A DNA stretch of 64,000 nucleotides, taken from positions 10,508-74,507 of the IMG/VR virus record IMGVR_UViG_3300009285_016375; one strand, given 5' to 3'. Shown here piece by piece: positions 46,601 to 53,799 of the stretch. This DNA comes from a virus. Each line of letters begins with the position of its first letter. Positions within the stretch are counted from its first letter, which is position 1. The position numbers and the translations under genes are program-made. A model generated the notes under the pieces. That model worked only from the letters and a program-made list of their open reading frames with translations, was not told where the DNA came from and did not search any database.

Positions 46601-49600
46601 AAGCGGGATTTTCGGGGGCGGCACGAGGCGCGCACCGCCGCCTTAGTGAGCCACCCGGAGTGCGAAAACAATCTGGAGCGTTACCAGTTGCTGGTGATGA
46701 ACCCGATGGGGCATTTGGGCCGGCAATGGGACAGTCCTTTGAGGGTCGGTTACGCGCTGGACAGCGGTTCGGTGGTGACCCGGGAAGACCTGGCCTTCCT
46801 GCGTTTGACCGAGCGCTTTGGCCAGGCGGTGCGACGGGAGATCACCGAGCAGGAAGCCGGCGAGCCGGGCCAGCGCTATCTGCGCGGGGGCGTGGAGCGC
46901 CAGCAGGGCGGTCAAGTGGTGAGCCGCAGCCTGAGTCTGGGCGTGGGCGACTACGCGCTGGCCCGCGTGCTGAACTGGGGCGGTTTTCTGAACGCGCTCC
47001 GGGAACTGGCCGCGGCCTATCACGGCCCGGACCACAAGCTGCAAAGCGTGGGGGCGGAGACCAATTTGCGTTTGACTCAGGAACCCGCGGCCCTGGAAGC
47101 GGCGGCCGGCTGGCGGGTGGCGGCCTTTTGGAACGAGCACCTGGCCGATCTGGTGCGGCACGTGAGCGATGCCGGGCGGACCGACAGCGCGGTGTCCCGG
47201 CAGCCGCCTCTGATGCGGGCCGCCCTGGAGTTGCGGCGGCGTTGGGAAGTGGGCGAAACGGGCCGCCCGGCTGATTTGCAGGAACTGGTGGAACAGTTGA
47301 CGGCCGCCTTGCCGGTCAATTTCGATCCGGGTGTGCCGCGCGCCCGCTATGTGCGGGAGCAACTTTTGGCGGAACTGGCCGAGTATGGGCGCGGGGCGCT
47401 GGCGGCCGAGCAGGAAGTGGTGGCAGAAGTGAAGCGGGCCAGCGCCGAGGCGGAGTATGACCCGGTGCGCGTGTTCAAGAGCGAGTTCACCCAGGAAGCG
47501 GCCCGGCTGCGCCTGCCCTCGCGCTGGTATAACTACGGGGCAGTGCGGGAAGGGGAGTTCCATGACCTGGTGGCCCGGGCCTTGAGCGAGCGGGCCATCC
47601 AGTTCCGGGCGGCCTTGGACCGGACCGTGGATGGCATGCAAGCCCTGCGGGCTCAGGCGCGGGACGTGAGCCAGCCGGTGGCCTTTGAGTCTGCGCAATA
47701 TCCCGATCTGCACAATTTCAGCCGGGCGTTGGCCAACTTGGAACGGCTCCAAGACCAAATGAAAGCCGCCGGGACCGCGCGGTTTCGGGAGCCGGGTTTT
47801 TGGCAGGAATTGTTTGGGTTCTTCCAGGGCGGGCTGTTGTCCGGGGTGGACGTGGGTTTTGGGAACGTGATTCTGAACGCGGGTTTTGCCGGCTGGGTGC
47901 TGGCGCACTTGCCGGGGCAAACCCGGCGGATGACGCTGGGCCGGGAGCTCGCCGGCTTGTTCCGGGGCGGGCTGGTGCTGGTGAATAATGTGCTGGAGCA
48001 TACCGAGACAGGGCGCGCGCTGCGCCGCTTGTGGCCGGCCAGCCTGCGCGGGTTTTTGGCCGAGCAAGGGGCTTTGCTGGAGGAGGTGCAGCGGCTGGGC
48101 TTTTCGCACCGAGAACCGTTTCTGGCCGAGGCGCGGCGTTTGTGGCAACAGGCGCTTGAGTTTCGCGGCACGGAAGAGCAGCAGGAAGCCACGGCCTGGA
48201 GCCAGGCGGGCCGGCGCGTGCGGGCGGTGCTGCGGCTGGGATCAGCCGCCTTGCGCAAGGTGGGAGCCACCGCCTTGGGCGACTTGGCCACCAACGCCAC
48301 TCTGGTCGGGCAGGCCGGCATGGTGGCGGATGCCGTGCGGTCGATGGCCGGGCGTTACCAGGCGCGGGATTTGAGCCAACCCTTTAACGCGGCTGATCCT
48401 CTCTGGCAGGTCAGCGAAGCCGATGTGCCACACGCTTGGACGGCCCAAAGGAGCCAGCGCCTGGCTCTGTTGCGCCTGATTTTCGAGCGGGCCGACGTGA
48501 GTTTAGAGCGGGTGCTGTATCGCTACTCCAAGGCCGCTCAGGCCGCCGCGCGCACGGGCGGGGAAAGCCCCGAAGTCTTCACGCCCGAGGAGCACGAGAA
48601 ACTCAAGTTTGCCCTGCTGGCGTTGCTGAACCAACCCACCAGTGTGAGCCGGCAGTTCAAGGCGCAGTACGACCGGACGTTCAAGTTTTTGGTGACGTTC
48701 CAAGGTTGGGTGGCAAACGCCGCCAATACCTACGCCGAACTGTATCAGCAGACCGGGCGCACCCGGTCGCTGCCGCCGGCCGCGCGGGCCGCCACGCATT
48801 TGCTGCCGTTGCTGGGCACCACGCTGCTCTTTGCGCTGGTGTTTGGCAGCATCAACCAGTGGTGGCGGCGCAAGGTGAAGAAGCATCTTTACGGCATTGA
48901 CACCCAGGTGGCCAGCATTTTGGAACGGGACACTTGGTCCAGCCCCGGCACGGCGTTCCGGGGCGCGGCCGTGGGCACGCTGTCGGCCTTGCCGATTGCC
49001 GGCGATCTGGCGCTGAACTGGCTCAACGCCACCGTGGGCGGGCGGGGGTTTGATCCCGCCTCACGGGTGGTGGGCTTGAACCTGATGAGCAGCATATTCT
49101 CAGCGTTCCGGGCCGCGGCCGGCCAGCCCTGGCCAGATAAGTGGATGATCCTGACCGATTTCATGGTGCGCCCGCACTTCGGGCTGAGCGGGCCGCTGCT
49201 CTATGCCGGCAGTCCGCGCTACCGCGGGCAGCGGGAGGTCTCGAATGTGCGCCGGTTGATCGAGGACAAGGCCCACACGGTGTTGGGCATCGAACGGCGC
49301 CGGAGCGGCCAGCGCTGGGCCGGCAGCGATTTATCCCCGACCTACGCGATGCGGATGAAGATGGCCAGCGCGGCGGTGCGGGAGGATTGGGAGGAGTTCG
49401 GGCAGCAAAGCCAGCGGCTGGTGGAGTGGCACCGCCAAGCGGGGGCCGCCGAGCCGGCAAAAGCCGCCTTGCGCGATTTCCAGGCCATGCACCCGGTGGC
49501 GCGCGGGGCCGGACGCAAGCTGGAGGCCGAGGAATTTGCCCGGATCAGCAGCGCCCTGAGCGCCAGCCAGCGCCAGCAGGTGGACCACGCCAGGCAGGCC

Positions 49601-49990
49601 TGGGCGCAAGGCGAGACCCTCTTGGGCGCCGCTCAACCACGCAGCGCCATCCATGAAGCCCGCCCGGCCGGCCGGGCGGGCGGAGGAGGAGGGGGAACAG
49701 GAACGGGCGGGCAGGGCTGGGACGGCGTGAAACGGGTGCCAGCGCTGAGCGGGCAGAGCGGGCGCGGGCGGCGATTTGGACGCTTGGCCAGTCCCGTGCC
49801 GCGGGTGTTATCGACCCGGAGCGCGGTGTCCGTGGCCAGCCGGGTGGGCCGATCCTCCCGGCGTTGGGCGGGCCGGGTGCCGCCGATGAGCCTGAAATCA
49901 CCCCGCCTGCGCGCGCCCAAAATGCGGCGTGCGCGCGGGGCGCGGCTGCCGAGATGGCCGCGGGGCACGGGCCGGGTGCGGATTTATTGA
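40619..49990 (+). CDS. Giant internal virion / polyvalent protein (3123 aa)
   Basis: Gly/Ala-rich N-terminus with EEAAQ motif, ART-like insert, degenerate metallopeptidase EEIGH, hydrophobic C-terminal region and Arg-rich tail. Confidence 0.75.
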   Translation: MGYKIIEPEPVLGRYRVIEPETNRPRYRVIEPDQLITPMGTPETPDDYSIPAEVGKGIVRGLARGVAAVPRFGGDVADAVRRWVGSSPEAPGPLDTAIGGRKSALSLLGDVIDETVAEALPARKPESFWLGVVPEAIGQVVPMAGAGLGAGLARKGAGLAAQMSAATAASTAVGFMAEFDDAFQRETERQQKAGENDPDLAFVKALNYGTIAAALEGRFGAGRLARKWVERFGGESINELAKRGVSGGMIGRFLGRTAGDAATQGLEEAAQRLAQNVIIEGPLLPPEKLMEGIGTEGGAGAVVGTLLGFPANIPRRGRIPVQRMPSRLPPESLAPGHVQSEALVELGVGPAPDERGRIPITTGNQYAIQKPSPAALPVGQTPQAGAPVEPDEETTGKDTGGVAPVWTPQATAAARQALRGNLQGRTVNVPQEQWAAPSVHLQYLFGAQAPTWNDLVAAGVLELTDPAAPAAPGDLGVRLKREQPANAPTEPAPAASPSLKVWKAGQTGIGRGGMQYFALSKELADKFSEGGEFGRPGAVVTETQLPEGSMVFDWKASTPEERIELKASSWIEPDGYPNWHWFENTPGIQAKLRELGYNGIKLSEGESNGLSIAILPESKPAAPAAVKAGELQGAVPPEAQPPELMTPDYSAPSVTQDFSPAPAPATANVTQLSDATMRPSAPRTADPGTGPTPSQQAAATGAGVILHNEQPEIELQLDELAQSIPFDPAATIAGPVWQDVSGQDFSSAESQRTLLAGARAEGVGGGGSRQATQQSHRLVVLTNRQDGSRHAASVYGSHRRVFATDPATGQGVPLDTLLPKWQPTHWFYSGPARNRYRLALSPAHFAALRAQGEAHQQKLDSYEAPSEVTGPAVPSEEGEEGEEGEGLPAKPKPSARKPIAEETKLGQVVASADLTFTLAQAEELHELLAWRPGDSEQDIRDALADNATARPVKNLLIAVSDKFYRNEYKALAAITDPAAKPAAKDAFDATVADRAGGLVAGLLGATDGRPGFASALAGALAPTETQRPTPERAAPGADTSQPEVAPGTPQPLTAQETAEAARLGVREVTVQTEAEALAAINGQRQASGQPTQAAQGTEGALAFYDHGVIYYVRGQLDDDALFREVRAEEIGHHILSGPQAQEVIGQIADDPAFGAEMEGMAQRYPRFEGESEGAYRLRLANELLAQSRRTDRNLFQRLLDWIVERLAQWPGMGEWIKGSASNRQGILRALMRRAEAGFSAAGPTAQAMAATISPQRQAEIIAAQAEADAARAGGRAQVPAREATLFHAAQVLRRGAEATLQLWRQAVTRLDTLRYHNKEYVRARKTLEALRSFLQTEYQKLSQGDRLVLNLPEKVPGILDGEFVNALQTLGVGTRSAEAGAGEFVIPADTEETAGRLSRPPGLGALDANRIRALQAEVQTENQARGYAALLQEQARLRVWRRWGTQFDLGEEYQQAWVSRQRAVEERMKRIRQGNPEAARRGQQMSRDRITRGEVGEFDQASEETWLSRLGEWQAQQRAYESGPVRRAFRQGLEGARALADQWQTRLATFEEAMADPTMPEDARRRLAGEVLASWRQMQAEQQRFENLYAGRAGLLKQMRQLEDQLASAKITQGEAEGLIGRAIAALSSEAERAWAVIPTGLERVLLDNAEAIRLAARRLAKLPAWQGTRNARAVFERLTEQGRILRQEPMGRPVMTGEPLVFAAELGLSEEAYTAMLWALEHSESFRDAVETLAELADQKLAEVPVVPVQRIAELLEAGQAEQAQAAFEQLRRKLGNQAVAAEKAQAPLTRQLLKLAVQVRALDLGRQLFQAVLGEPGQPQAELTRLVRQVIELTLDHPPMIEANGDGTTYHAFPGQPAVTVRAASWLSPTKTQRSVSQWYEQAAEYLAGFEAAELAQAANPGQPTAEQQGYDYGVVLGLREALEQQDSDTNHALLLDEDRYQMSRWQGWSQKFSYGQQIWTTITHAAGLGRGALHRWALALGRGQAIGSRLLKRDFRGRHEARTAALVSHPECENNLERYQLLVMNPMGHLGRQWDSPLRVGYALDSGSVVTREDLAFLRLTERFGQAVRREITEQEAGEPGQRYLRGGVERQQGGQVVSRSLSLGVGDYALARVLNWGGFLNALRELAAAYHGPDHKLQSVGAETNLRLTQEPAALEAAAGWRVAAFWNEHLADLVRHVSDAGRTDSAVSRQPPLMRAALELRRRWEVGETGRPADLQELVEQLTAALPVNFDPGVPRARYVREQLLAELAEYGRGALAAEQEVVAEVKRASAEAEYDPVRVFKSEFTQEAARLRLPSRWYNYGAVREGEFHDLVARALSERAIQFRAALDRTVDGMQALRAQARDVSQPVAFESAQYPDLHNFSRALANLERLQDQMKAAGTARFREPGFWQELFGFFQGGLLSGVDVGFGNVILNAGFAGWVLAHLPGQTRRMTLGRELAGLFRGGLVLVNNVLEHTETGRALRRLWPASLRGFLAEQGALLEEVQRLGFSHREPFLAEARRLWQQALEFRGTEEQQEATAWSQAGRRVRAVLRLGSAALRKVGATALGDLATNATLVGQAGMVADAVRSMAGRYQARDLSQPFNAADPLWQVSEADVPHAWTAQRSQRLALLRLIFERADVSLERVLYRYSKAAQAAARTGGESPEVFTPEEHEKLKFALLALLNQPTSVSRQFKAQYDRTFKFLVTFQGWVANAANTYAELYQQTGRTRSLPPAARAATHLLPLLGTTLLFALVFGSINQWWRRKVKKHLYGIDTQVASILERDTWSSPGTAFRGAAVGTLSALPIAGDLALNWLNATVGGRGFDPASRVVGLNLMSSIFSAFRAAAGQPWPDKWMILTDFMVRPHFGLSGPLLYAGSPRYRGQREVSNVRRLIEDKAHTVLGIERRRSGQRWAGSDLSPTYAMRMKMASAAVREDWEEFGQQSQRLVEWHRQAGAAEPAKAALRDFQAMHPVARGAGRKLEAEEFARISSALSASQRQQVDHARQAWAQGETLLGAAQPRSAIHEARPAGRAGGGGGGTGTGGQGWDGVKRVPALSGQSGRGRRFGRLASPVPRVLSTRSAVSVASRVGRSSRRWAGRVPPMSLKSPRLRAPKMRRARGARLPRWPRGTGRVRIY

Positions 49991-50035
49991 ATCCACTCCA
50001 GCAGCAGCACGATCAGGAACAGCAGGAGAACAAAC

Positions 50036-50440
50036 TTGTCGAACGACGTCATAGAGGTTCATGGTTCGAGGGTGCAGGTGACGCGTCAGGCGCTGGCCGC
50101 CGCCCTGGCCGAGGAACTGGAACGGGCGCTGGCGGGGTATCGGCCCTGCGCGTTGCTGCCCGCTTTCGTCTGGCGCCGCATTGCCAAGGCGGCGGTGCGC
50201 GCGCTTTTGCAACTGATCACGGAGTTCATTGGCCGCGGCCAGCCCATCGCGCTGCCGGGGTTCGGCTCCTGGCGCTTGATGCGGCGGGCGGCGCATCTGG
50301 GCACCTGCCCGGCGGCTTGGGGGCCGCACGGCCACCCCGCGCAGCGCGCCGAGCGCTATCTGGTGCCAGCCCACACCAAGGTGGTGTGGCGGCCGGCAGA
50401 GCGGCTGCGGCAGCGGTTGTTTCGGGTACAGGTGGAGTGA
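50036..50440 (+). CDS. HU/IHF-family DNA-bending protein (divergent)
   Basis: ITEFIGRGQPIALPGFGSW...RAAHLGTCP...VPAHTKVVWRPAERLR matches the HU core. Confidence 0.8.
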   Translation: MSNDVIEVHGSRVQVTRQALAAALAEELERALAGYRPCALLPAFVWRRIAKAAVRALLQLITEFIGRGQPIALPGFGSWRLMRRAAHLGTCPAAWGPHGHPAQRAERYLVPAHTKVVWRPAERLRQRLFRVQVE

Positions 50441-50468
50441 GAGCGAAACAACAAACAGCGCCCTTCTT

Positions 50469-50792
50469 GCCACAGCATTCGCCAAGTTGTTTGGTTGCTG
50501 CGAGGCGGCGCTCGTGACCGAGCCGAGCCGATGGCAGGCGCCCACAGCAATAAAGTCGCTTGGTTGCTGCGAGCAGTTCGGCGCCAGTAAGGCGGATGCC
50601 GCGCAGCGTCCCCACAGCATTCACCAAGTTGTTTGGTTGCTGCGAGGACGGTTTCCGCTGAAATGTCATGGCCCAGCAGGTCAGCCCACAGCATTCGCCA
50701 AGTTGTTTGGTTGCTGCGAGGACGGAGCGGGCCTCGTCCACTTCGGGGTTCATTTGCCCACAGCATTCGCCAAGTTGTTTGGTTGCTGCGAG
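50469..50792 (-). CRISPR. CRISPR mini-array: 5 repeats, 4 spacers of 36-38 nt
   Basis: Repeat CCCACAGCATTCGCCAAGTTGTTTGGTTGCTGCGAG (36 nt, + strand) at 50469, 50541 (33-nt variant), 50611, 50685, 50757; unique spacers; the most degenerate copies are distal to the effector gene. Confidence 0.92.
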
Positions 50793-50912
50793 GGCGGTGC
50801 CTGGGCAGGCTGTATCCTCGCGCTTGCAAACCGCGTTCCGCGAGTGCCTGGGCCGGCAAGCGTGCCCAACCAGACTCGCGCTGCGCTTTGTGGTAGCGCA
50901 AAGAATTGATTA
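50793..50912 (-). ncRNA. Structured leader / candidate tracr- or scaffold-like RNA
   Basis: Hairpins CGCGAGT...ACTCGCG and TGCGCT...AGCGCA; 50815-50831 is partly complementary to the repeat. Confidence 0.5.
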
Positions 50913-52154
50913 TCACGGCTCGCGAGCGGTGTCAAGGCTTTCCACCGCACCGGCGCACTCGCAAGCCATCCCAAACTCACGCAGCTTGTTGGCCAGCATG
51001 ACCTGCAACTCGTGCCAGGGAAACTCAGGCAGATAACCGCCTTGAGTTTCATCATAGACAACCGTGTTGACGCCTTGGCGCTGAGCGAACTTGGCCAAGG
51101 CTGAGCAGGATTGCTGCATGAAAGATCGGACCCGACGATGATGCTTGGCCACTTGCGCCTGGCGGTATTCTCCCAACCGCGGCGGTTCGCCCAAGCGGAC
51201 CTCGTATTTTGAGTCGTCGGAAAGCCGGTCCAACTGCCGGCGATGAGCAGCGATCCAGCGGCGGACGTGATCAGCGTGCAAGCGCCACGGTTCCCGCCCT
51301 TCCACCTCGGCGATCCAGAAAGCATCCGGCGCCCTGCTGAGCACCAGCCGGCGCTGAACCGGGGCCGGGCGCTGCGGTTTGGGCAGCCACGCCACCAGCT
51401 TGACCATCACGTCGTAGCACTGGCGGGCGCCGCCACCGGCTGCCCGGTCTGGCAAGCCAGGCCGATGGGTGTTGCCAGAGACCCTTTTGCGGTAGAGGGC
51501 CAATTCGCCAGGCACGGCTTGGCCACTGACAATCTGCTCGAAGGCACCCAGTTGGCGGCGGAAGCCTGCCCCACCCCGCAACCGCAAACTGATGCGCTCG
51601 CCGCCCAAACGCACTGAGACCACGGGCACGCGTTCGGTGTCCGAGAGCCAGCGCGCTTGCCAGGAGGCGTTGTGGGCGGGGTAGGGAACCGGGTAACGGA
51701 ACCAGGGCAGGGTGGCGCTGCCCGACCAGATGGTGGCCCAGCGGGCGGAGTTGTATTTCTGTTGGGCCATTCGGGAAACGGCCGCCGCGGCTTGGCTTTC
51801 CATGTCCGGCCGCCGCTCACGAGCGATCTGATAGACGTTCAGCTTGGGGGCGGGCGGGAGCTTGGTCAGGCTGGGTGAGCGCACCACGTCGGCCTTGGCC
51901 AAGGCGGTCAGCACGGTGTTGGCCACTTCGGTGGCTTGAGCCCAGGCCGCGCCCAAGCGGGCGCGGAAGGCCGGCCAGTCCAGGCCGATGGGTGAAGCCA
52001 CCGGGAAGGTGACGGCCCGCAGAATGTAGGCATGGCGCCAACAGGTCTGGCACCAAGGCTGGTCCTGATGGCGTTTCCAGCCGGCGGGCACGCGCTGGCG
52101 CCCGGCTTTGGTGGGTTTGGCGGCGGCTTCCCGGCCGCACAGGTGGCATTTCAT
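50913..52154 (-). CDS. Nuclease-dead, C-terminally truncated TnpB/Cas12-like protein with N-terminal Zn ribbon
   Basis: Bridge-helix/RuvC-II-like HHRRVRSFMQQSCSALAKFAQRQGVNTVVYDE...FPWHELQVMLANKLREFG; RuvC-I Asp absent, no RuvC-III; adjacent to the CRISPR array. Confidence 0.78.
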   Translation of the reverse strand: MKCHLCGREAAAKPTKAGRQRVPAGWKRHQDQPWCQTCWRHAYILRAVTFPVASPIGLDWPAFRARLGAAWAQATEVANTVLTALAKADVVRSPSLTKLPPAPKLNVYQIARERRPDMESQAAAAVSRMAQQKYNSARWATIWSGSATLPWFRYPVPYPAHNASWQARWLSDTERVPVVSVRLGGERISLRLRGGAGFRRQLGAFEQIVSGQAVPGELALYRKRVSGNTHRPGLPDRAAGGGARQCYDVMVKLVAWLPKPQRPAPVQRRLVLSRAPDAFWIAEVEGREPWRLHADHVRRWIAAHRRQLDRLSDDSKYEVRLGEPPRLGEYRQAQVAKHHRRVRSFMQQSCSALAKFAQRQGVNTVVYDETQGGYLPEFPWHELQVMLANKLREFGMACECAGAVESLDTAREP

Positions 52155-53095
52155 AGCAGATGTCCGGTGAGTTTCTGCCGGCCTTCTTGGGCCAGGGGGG
52201 CGCGCACGTAATCCAGGCTCTGCCGCGGGCTGGCATGGCCCACTAAAGCAGCAATCTGTTCCGGGCTCAAGCCCGCCGCGCGGCAGTGCTCAATAAAGGT
52301 GGCCCGCAGATCGTGAATGTTCAGATGCAACAGGCCCAGTTCGGCGCGCAGTGCCCGGAATTGCAGGCGCAAGGCTTTGGCCGGCACGCGCCGCACCCGT
52401 TCCGGGAAGACGAAACGCTCGCCGTTGGCCCCGTTGGCCCGCGGGATGGCTTGCAGGATAACCGCCAGAGGCGGGGCCAATGGAATGACCACGCGCTGGT
52501 GCTGCCGTTTCTTGGTCCAGACCGTGATCGTCCCAGCCTCCAGATCCAGGCTGTCCCATTCCAGGCATTGGACGTCCGAGGGGAAGCGCAAGCCCGCGTG
52601 GACGCAGAGGGCCAAGGCCGCCTGCCAAAATTCCCAGCGTTCCAGCCGCTGCCCGGCTTGGGCGCACTGGCCGGCGGCTTGCTGGGCGCGAGCGCGATCT
52701 ATCCGGGCCTGGATGGCGGTGAAGAGGGCCTGCACCTGGGCCCGGCTGTAGGTGCCACGGGGGCGACTTTCGCGCAGGGCATGGGGCAGGGCCTCCAGGC
52801 GCAACTTGCGGAAGCGGGCGGGGTTGCCGTGCAGGAGGCCGGCGTCGCCGAGAAAATCGCACCAGTGTTGCAAGGCGGCCTTGCAGATCTGGCGGGTGGC
52901 CGCTTTCCAGGGCAGGGCGGGGTCCTCCAGGAAAGCGCGCACGCTGGGTTTTGTGATGTCCGAGAGCCGGGACGGCTGGGTGCGAGCCAGATACCAGCCG
53001 ACGTAGTTGGTGTAGATTTGGGCGGTGGAGGCGCGCACGTCGCCTTCCTGTTGCAGGTGGTCGGTCCAGCGTGCTAGGGCGTTCAGGGGTTTCAT
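52151..53095 (-). CDS. Tyrosine recombinase/integrase (not IntI type)
   Basis: Core-binding domain (ASTAQIY...GNPA) and full catalytic set GLR, K, HDLR, VGH, Y; start moved to MKPLN. Confidence 0.93.
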   Translation of the reverse strand: MKPLNALARWTDHLQQEGDVRASTAQIYTNYVGWYLARTQPSRLSDITKPSVRAFLEDPALPWKAATRQICKAALQHWCDFLGDAGLLHGNPARFRKLRLEALPHALRESRPRGTYSRAQVQALFTAIQARIDRARAQQAAGQCAQAGQRLERWEFWQAALALCVHAGLRFPSDVQCLEWDSLDLEAGTITVWTKKRQHQRVVIPLAPPLAVILQAIPRANGANGERFVFPERVRRVPAKALRLQFRALRAELGLLHLNIHDLRATFIEHCRAAGLSPEQIAALVGHASPRQSLDYVRAPLAQEGRQKLTGHLL

Positions 53096-53102
53096 CGCGG
53101 GT

Positions 53103-53122
53103 GCTGAGCTGGGTCGTTCGGC
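53103..53122 (+). other. attC-like right half-site at the attI-equivalent position
   Basis: GCTGAGC-TGGGTC-GTTCGGC, identical to the right arm of 55493-55579, 7 nt upstream of the integrase ATG. Confidence 0.7.
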
Positions 53123-53123
53123 G

Positions 53124-53381
53124 TCAGATAATCCTCGCGCAGGCTTCGGACTCCGCGAGTGCGACAGCATCGTCAAGCGAGTCAGGTGCGGGAAAGACAC
53201 CTACTCTCAGGAAGTTACCTTCCCGCGCGTACCAGTGTCCGGTTTTGACGGTTTTGCCGTCCGCAGGCTCCCAGCCGGGGAACGTATTGCGAATCGCATC
53301 ACGCGGGGTCATTGCCGCAATGGTCTTGCTTTCTTGCACATGTCCGATCCGGTAGTCTTGCAGTTGCACTATGTATGTCAT
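53124..53381 (-). CDS. Cassette ORF, hypothetical
   Basis: MTYIVQLQDY...; stop abuts the attC half-site. Confidence 0.6.
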   Translation of the reverse strand: MTYIVQLQDYRIGHVQESKTIAAMTPRDAIRNTFPGWEPADGKTVKTGHWYAREGNFLRVGVFPAPDSLDDAVALAESEACARII

Positions 53382-53399
53382 ATTGTCTTTCCATTGCCC

Positions 53400-53487
53400 G
53401 CCAAACAAGACACTGGAGCGGACGGCGGGGGGCCGCTTCAGCGAGCGGGGCGTTACGGGCGCCGCCGCTCAGTTCGGGTCGTTCGGC
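53400..53487 (+). repeat. attC-like site A
   Basis: GCCAAAC...ACTGGAGCGG...CCGCTCAGT...GTTCGGC, extra base in L''; 65 bp identical to site B. Confidence 0.85.
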
Positions 53488-53488
53488 G

Positions 53489-53692
53489 TCACACCTTGCC
53501 ATGCTTCCCGGACTCGTCGGAGATGTCAGCGTTGACCGCTGCACTCAGATTGCTGTAGCTGGGCAAGCGGACCGCGCCCGGTCCATCCGGTATCGGAGAC
53601 AGGTAGTGCGTTGTCCCGTCCTCGTAATCGCGGCGGATGATTTTCCGGGAAAAGTGGTTTAGCTGTCCGGTTTCGGTGTCGGTATGAGTCAT
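53489..53692 (-). CDS. Cassette ORF, hypothetical
   Basis: 67 aa, lies exactly between sites A and B with a purine-rich RBS region. Confidence 0.65.
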   Translation of the reverse strand: MTHTDTETGQLNHFSRKIIRRDYEDGTTHYLSPIPDGPGAVRLPSYSNLSAAVNADISDESGKHGKV

Positions 53693-53711
53693 TTTTCTTT
53701 TTCTTTCCCCC

Positions 53712-53799
53712 GCCGAACAAGGTCACTGGAGCGGACGGCGGGGGGCCGCTTCAGCGAGCGGGGCGTTACGGGCGCCGCCGCTCAGTTCTGTCCTTATGC
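53712..53799 (+). repeat. attC-like site B (R' G mutated to C)
   Basis: GCCGAAC...ACTGGAGCGG...CCGCTCAGT...CTTATGC. Confidence 0.8.

Noticed and set aside
19914-48148. Many long antisense ORFs (e.g. 21754-23337, 28883-30883, 46643-48148)
   Set aside because: Shadow frames of GC-rich coding genes with no motifs
50226-51036. ORFs spanning the CRISPR array, with repeated AATKQLGECC peptides
   Set aside because: They are translations of the repeats, not credible genes
50913-52154. IS200/IS605 TnpB transposon
   Set aside because: No TnpA, no visible IS ends, RuvC is inactive and truncated, and it is followed by a repeat-spacer array
52151-53095. Calling the recombinase an integron integrase (intI)
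   Set aside because: Lacks the IntI-specific insertion between patch III and the HxxR box
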